This document shows positions 15,185-20,000 of a DNA stretch of 20,000 nucleotides, piece after piece (within the stretch, counting starts at the first letter, position 1; every line of letters starts with the position of its first letter). Position numbers and translations under genes: made by a program. This DNA comes from an uncultured virus (IMG/VR IMGVR_UViG_3300047564_001460). Lineage: Duplodnaviria > Heunggongvirae > Uroviricota > Caudoviricetes. The stretch is taken from the IMG/VR virus record IMGVR_UViG_3300047564_001460; one strand, written 5' to 3'. The notes under the pieces are model-generated. The model was not told the origin of the DNA and ran no database searches. It was given only the letters and a program-made list of their open reading frames with translations.

Positions 15185-17676
15185 TCTTTCTCCTTCTTAG
15201 GTGGTTTCTGGTTCTGCGCGGATCTCTGTGCGGCCTGCACAGCCATCTGTGCCCTGCTTTTGGCGATTTCTACGCCAAGTCGTGCGCCCTCAAGCATCTG
15301 GTTCTTATTCACCTTATCGCGAGCGGCAGCGGCGGTAGCCCCTACCTGCATAGCAGCGATCTCTTTCTGGGCGGCAATTCTTGCCTCTTCAATCCGTAGT
15401 TGGTCGGCTTTTGCCGCTACGTCGGCTGCTTGCTTCTGGGCTTTGAGCTTCAGGTCCTCCATCTTCAACTGCAACTCCTGCATCTGCATTTGAATGATCG
15501 GATCTTGTGCTTTCTGCTGGGCTTGTTGCTGTGCAACAGCGGCTTGGGCTTGTTGTGCCAGACGCTGTGATGCCTGTGAGGCGAGCTGCGCTACCTGTGC
15601 TGCCGTAGCTGGATCCATGTTTTCTGACTGTTCCTTGGTTGGTAACAGTAGACCGATCGATGCCTCAACCTCTTTGCGATACTGGAACGCCAAGTGCTCA
15701 TTAATATGGGCCGTAACCGCAGACTGTATCTGCTGCCCCACAGGAGAGTTCTGGAGCATGCCCATGATTGCGGGGTTCTGCATCATCGACATATGGGTGG
15801 CGATGTGAGCGGCGTGGTCCTGCTCAATAAACGCTTTGTTGGGCTTCATCGTGAGGAAGTTCTGGTTCTCCTGCACCGGATCAACAGGCTTCAGATCATC
15901 TTCAACAGGCACAAGCTTGGCAGCGTTCTTGATCCCCAACACCTCAATCATCTGGCGATGCAACAAAGGTAAGTTGTAGATGTTTGGCGCAGACTGAGCT
16001 AGCTGGAACACAGCCTGATACTGAACAATCTTCTGAGCCATCGTTGCTGCGTTCGGATCACTGACAGGCATAACTTCAACCATGTCGTAGTCAGAACGCT
16101 TGATGTCCCGCCCACCTTCTTCAGGATCATAGTCGTAGCTATCAGGTGTGTAGTCGGCAATGATGGACTTAAGAAGTTTGAACTCAATCTTCATCGCGTT
16201 ATGGAGTCGCGCCTGCACTGCGCCCATAATCTTTAGCTGTCTTTCAAGCAACGCAAGCGTTGTACCTACGGGTGCTTGTGCGGACATATCACTAACTTGC
16301 AAGTCACCTGCCGAAGCGAACGCCCTGCCTTCTTGGACGATTGTCTGGAAAAGGGAGAACAGAACTTGGCTTGGCTCTTTGTAAGGCAGCGGTAAGATAT
16401 TGTCGCGTAGCGTACCGCTTGGGATGTCTACATCCCTGAATTCTCCTGGTGCGATCGGCGTATCGTCACCCTTAACGCGAAGACCTCTAGTCTTTAACCC
16501 GCCTGGGAGGTTCGATAACGTGCCTGCATCAACAAGCTGGCGAATGAGCATCGTGGCCGATTTTGCGTATCCACCGATGAGATGGATGAGACCATAGCCG
16601 TAGAAGCCAAATCCCGGCACGTATTGGTAGTGCACAAAGTGCTGCCTCTTGAGGTGAAGCTCATCACCTTCGTACCAATTCCTACGGATCGCAAGAACAT
16701 TCCGTGTGCCTTTCTCGATAGTCACAACGTACGGAAGCGCGATACCTGTCGGCTCGTTCTTCTTGTTCTTATGTTCGTGCCCTTTCAAATCCAAGTCAAC
16801 ATGAATCTCAAGCATGCGATACCGATCGTCCTGTATCGCAGTCATGCCTTGCTCTTCAGCTTTCTGCTTCTCGATGTCGTCTAACTCATATGACGGCTCA
16901 CCAAGATCAATATCAGCGTAGAACCCAGCTTCTTGCAGCTTCTTAACTTCGTTGGGTGTTTTGCGCATAACATGAGTCACACGCTCAGCCTTCTCCAGAC
17001 TCGACGCACCATACGGCACCACGATGTCCTCGGCTGGAATAAACACTGCTACCTGCCGCCCGATCGACGGATCGTAATACACCTTTTTGAACGCACTACC
17101 TGCTAGCGGTAAGTTCCACAACAGCTTCTCATGCTCAGGGCGATACTCCAGCATTACTTCTGTTAGCTGGTAGTTCATATCATCGCGAACTCGCGCAGCA
17201 GCTTCGTCTTTTTCAGGCGTGTCTTTACCAACAATCTGTGTCTTCACCGGCCCTGATGCTGGGAATGTTTCAGTGATCGCCTCTGACTGGAACCTAACAA
17301 CCGCCTCGGTGAGCATGGGGTGAAACACGCCACAGGCTCCCTGCCAAGGCTCTGTACGCTCCTCGTACTTTAACCCCAGCAGCTTCAACCCATCCACATA
17401 CGTCTGTATCCACTCTTTGCGGTCGCCCATGTCCTTAATAAAGTCCTCCACCAGCTCGTTTCCTAAGCTCTGGAGGTCACTAGGGTCCATAAACTCCGCC
17501 AAATTGGCGTCAAATTCCTCTGCTGTTTCTTTCGTAGGGCTTAATTCGATCTCAATATCACCCATCCCTATCGTCACTGACTCAGGATCTTCAATCTCAA
17601 TCTCTATGGGTTCACTAAGTGCTGCCATACCGCCAAGCCCCTCGGGAGCCCCATACAACGCCTTATCAATAGCCAT
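15181..17676 (-). CDS. Portal protein, P22-like, with a long Gln/Ala-rich coiled-coil C-terminus
   Basis: 831 aa directly after TerL, with motifs HPMLTEAVVRFQ, GSAFKKVYYD, GFGFYGYGLIHL and RQLVDAGTLSNLP. AGGA RBS. Confidence 0.9.
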   Translation of the reverse strand: MAIDKALYGAPEGLGGMAALSEPIEIEIEDPESVTIGMGDIEIELSPTKETAEEFDANLAEFMDPSDLQSLGNELVEDFIKDMGDRKEWIQTYVDGLKLLGLKYEERTEPWQGACGVFHPMLTEAVVRFQSEAITETFPASGPVKTQIVGKDTPEKDEAAARVRDDMNYQLTEVMLEYRPEHEKLLWNLPLAGSAFKKVYYDPSIGRQVAVFIPAEDIVVPYGASSLEKAERVTHVMRKTPNEVKKLQEAGFYADIDLGEPSYELDDIEKQKAEEQGMTAIQDDRYRMLEIHVDLDLKGHEHKNKKNEPTGIALPYVVTIEKGTRNVLAIRRNWYEGDELHLKRQHFVHYQYVPGFGFYGYGLIHLIGGYAKSATMLIRQLVDAGTLSNLPGGLKTRGLRVKGDDTPIAPGEFRDVDIPSGTLRDNILPLPYKEPSQVLFSLFQTIVQEGRAFASAGDLQVSDMSAQAPVGTTLALLERQLKIMGAVQARLHNAMKIEFKLLKSIIADYTPDSYDYDPEEGGRDIKRSDYDMVEVMPVSDPNAATMAQKIVQYQAVFQLAQSAPNIYNLPLLHRQMIEVLGIKNAAKLVPVEDDLKPVDPVQENQNFLTMKPNKAFIEQDHAAHIATHMSMMQNPAIMGMLQNSPVGQQIQSAVTAHINEHLAFQYRKEVEASIGLLLPTKEQSENMDPATAAQVAQLASQASQRLAQQAQAAVAQQQAQQKAQDPIIQMQMQELQLKMEDLKLKAQKQAADVAAKADQLRIEEARIAAQKEIAAMQVGATAAAARDKVNKNQMLEGARLGVEIAKSRAQMAVQAAQRSAQNQKPPKKEKD

Positions 17677-17685
17677 GATGTGTCC

Positions 17686-19233
17686 TTACACTGTGTAATA
17701 CCGCTCTTGGCGGTAACCTTTGAACCACCGAATATCGTCAGGTTCGTCCACTGGAAGGCGAAGGAACCCACCTTGTCTGAACCGCATCAGCGCCAACGTT
17801 GTCGCATCGGTCAAGTCATCATGCTCTCCGTTGGGAAACTCGGCTATCTCGTCTACAAGCTCTTCAGCCCATCTTGTTCTAGGCACCCAAACTTTCCCCG
17901 ACGCAATAACATCTGATACTGAGTTCAACCGAGCAATCTTATCCTGCCCTTTGCTTGGTGTGTACTCCTGCACCGGTATGCCCATCGCCCGCAAGTCATA
18001 GATCAACGGAGCCCCCGACGCTTTCTTCTCAATCAACACCCCATCAGGATCGTACTGCTTATACTCGGCAAGCACGTCGCGCTTTAACTCAGGATACTCC
18101 ACTCGCTTCTTATATGTGTTGAGTAAGATGATGTTGGCTGTGTTGTTGTCCTTAGGGTTGTAAAACACCCCCCACGTCGTACCCGCAGAAAAGTCAGCAC
18201 GGTTGTTCTTCTCGAACGCAGTGTCCCAAGTTTGTAAGATGTAGTCACACCTCGGAGGCTCATCCTCCTCCCACCACTTCCACCAATCTCTTTTGACGAT
18301 GGCACTCTCGTTACCCACTGGGTTCTGCTGATACTGCGCCTGCCACTTCGCATTGGGCAACTCTTCTTTGAGTGCAGACAGCTCTTCAAGCGACCAAAAC
18401 TGCGGCCACAGCGGGTTACCCGATGGCAATATCGCAGGAAACTCAATCACCTCCCACTCTTCACCACCCCGTTGCGCAGAGGCTTTCAACACCTGCCCCG
18501 TCAGATCTCTCTGACTCCACCGTGTCATCACAATCACGATGGCTCCCCCCGGTTGCAGACGCTGCCGTGGACCTGATGTATACCACTCGTACACTTTGTC
18601 GTAGATGTCTGGGTTTGTAGCTGCCAGCGCAGCCTCTTGTTCTGAGTGCGGGTCGTCAATAATGAGGATGTCGGCACCTTTACCGGTCACCGCACCCCCT
18701 ACACCAATAGCAAAGTAGTCACCACTCTTATTAGTGTTCCATCTTCCTGCTGCTTTTGAGTCTGCTTGCAGTCCTACGCCTGGAAAAATGGTTTTGTACA
18801 CGTCCTGATCGACTAAGTTCCTCACTTTCCGCCCGAACCCCACCGCCAACTCCGCAGTATGTGAGGTCTGGATCACTTTTTTGTGTGGAAACTTCCCCAA
18901 AAACCAAGCTGGCAGTAAATAAGAGGCAAATTCACTCTTGGTATGCCGTGGCGGCATGTTAATAATCAATCTTTTCAGCGACCCATTCGCCACACGCTCA
19001 AAAGCATCCGCCATCCGCTTGTGATGAGCCCCAGATATGAACGTCGGCCACACTCTTTCTACAAATTTTATAAACTTTTGCTGCGCAAGCTCTTGCTCGC
19101 GTAGTTTTTCTAGCCTTATAAGCTGCGCTTCTAGTATACGCAGGTCTCCTTCAGACATTTTCCCCGATTTAACGAGCGTTAATATGTCTTTTAGAGAGGG
19201 TGCGTTAGCCGCAGGAGTAGTAGATAGACTCAT
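17686..19233 (-). CDS. terL: Terminase large subunit
   Basis: Walker A-like MPPRHTKSE, Walker B ILIIDDP, coupling motif MTRW, and nuclease acidic residues in WDTA and HDDLTDA. Confidence 0.95.
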   Translation of the reverse strand: MSLSTTPAANAPSLKDILTLVKSGKMSEGDLRILEAQLIRLEKLREQELAQQKFIKFVERVWPTFISGAHHKRMADAFERVANGSLKRLIINMPPRHTKSEFASYLLPAWFLGKFPHKKVIQTSHTAELAVGFGRKVRNLVDQDVYKTIFPGVGLQADSKAAGRWNTNKSGDYFAIGVGGAVTGKGADILIIDDPHSEQEAALAATNPDIYDKVYEWYTSGPRQRLQPGGAIVIVMTRWSQRDLTGQVLKASAQRGGEEWEVIEFPAILPSGNPLWPQFWSLEELSALKEELPNAKWQAQYQQNPVGNESAIVKRDWWKWWEEDEPPRCDYILQTWDTAFEKNNRADFSAGTTWGVFYNPKDNNTANIILLNTYKKRVEYPELKRDVLAEYKQYDPDGVLIEKKASGAPLIYDLRAMGIPVQEYTPSKGQDKIARLNSVSDVIASGKVWVPRTRWAEELVDEIAEFPNGEHDDLTDATTLALMRFRQGGFLRLPVDEPDDIRWFKGYRQERYYTV

Positions 19234-19259
19234 TTAGGTTTGATAGTTTGTTTTTTGGT

Positions 19260-19853
19260 TTATTTTTCTTCTACTTTCTCTACGATTTCCGCAGTGAGCG
19301 TGTCTGGTGGAGGGCCTAATTGGGCATCTAGATCATCTAGGGGTGTTACATCTACTACATCACTATTAAGTAGCCGTTTAACTCGCTCTGTAATAGACTC
19401 TTCTAGAGACTTACTGGATGTGTGATGTACTGTAATCTCACTGCGCTCTGTAAATAAACCAATATCGCTGTGCTTGCCGAGTAGTTCTAGAGCTTTTAGT
19501 TCTAATCTAGTATCTCCGCAGTCTGCGATCTTAATAAGTTTATTGGTAATAAAGTTGCGGGCCTGCATGGCATCCGCAAACGCACCAAAATCAAACCGCT
19601 TGAGTATGTCCGCAACGGCTTGTGCTTCAGCAGGCGATTTAATATGGGCAGGATTATCGGGCTTTGTCGCCCCTTTTATGAGATTAACTGCCTTCGCAAA
19701 GTCAGCATCCCCATATTCAACACTCCCGCCGAGCTGGTCGAGAAGGTCTGCGGTATTAACAGCAACCGCCACAGCATCTTTATGGGTGGCAGGTGTCTCA
19801 TCTGCTGAGTCGTACGGAACCGGATGGTCCGCAGAAGGTTTTAATTCAATCAT
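19260..19853 (-). CDS. Putative terminase small subunit
   Basis: 197 aa immediately upstream of terL. The C-terminal LKALELLGKH..IGLFTER motif is typical of TerS oligomerisation regions. Confidence 0.6.
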   Translation of the reverse strand: MIELKPSADHPVPYDSADETPATHKDAVAVAVNTADLLDQLGGSVEYGDADFAKAVNLIKGATKPDNPAHIKSPAEAQAVADILKRFDFGAFADAMQARNFITNKLIKIADCGDTRLELKALELLGKHSDIGLFTERSEITVHHTSSKSLEESITERVKRLLNSDVVDVTPLDDLDAQLGPPPDTLTAEIVEKVEEK

Positions 19854-19882
19854 AAAAGCACCGAGTTAACGGGAAGGTGCTA

Positions 19883-19912
19883 ATTGTATACACCTAATTT
19901 TTTATTTTGCAA
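19883..19912 (-). promoter_or_regulatory. Sigma70-like promoter of the packaging/structural operon
   Basis: TTGCAA (19912-19907), an AT-rich spacer, then TATACA at 16 nt or TACAAT at 18 nt, about 30 nt upstream of the first ATG. Confidence 0.55.
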
Positions 19913-20000
19913 GGAGGTAGGGACTCCTAACGGGGGGTGTTTGTATAAAAACACTAAATATAAGCCGACGGGAAAAAGAAAGGGGGGAGGGGGGTATTAG

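Noticed and set aside
15181..19233. Intein or intron in the terminase or the large portal
   Set aside because: No intein splice motifs or homing endonuclease signatures were seen. TerL is normal length, and the portal's extra length is an acidic N-terminus plus a Gln/Ala coiled-coil tail.

Overview
The window is the packaging and virion-morphogenesis module of a tailed dsDNA phage, encoded entirely on the minus strand and read from right to left. The order is: promoter, TerS, TerL, P22-like portal with a long Gln/Ala tail, small hypothetical protein, GroES-like co-chaperonin, scaffold, hypothetical protein, minor capsid/decoration protein, and a Mu gpT-like major capsid protein. After the capsid gene come a terminator, a structured RNA, a cluster of small Lys/Arg/Gly-rich genes, two adaptor-like proteins and a long series of tail-fibre/adhesin genes (Mtd_N, triple LamG, 20-aa repeat protein, and a fibre truncated at the left edge). 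No prohead protease, tail tube, tape measure, integrase or tRNA is evident, consistent with a podovirus-like aquatic phage (inference). The most notable element is the ~120 nt after the capsid gene: an intrinsic terminator containing a sigma70-like promoter, then a three-helix kissing-loop pseudoknot (probably the Mu-gpT-DE RNA motif) ending next to the downstream RBS. Other highlights are a recurring hydrophobic-x-x-GG motif in the small basic proteins, a DUF5872-like protein split over two genes, and sharp GC mosaicism in the LamG gene. All family names are from recognition, not database searches.
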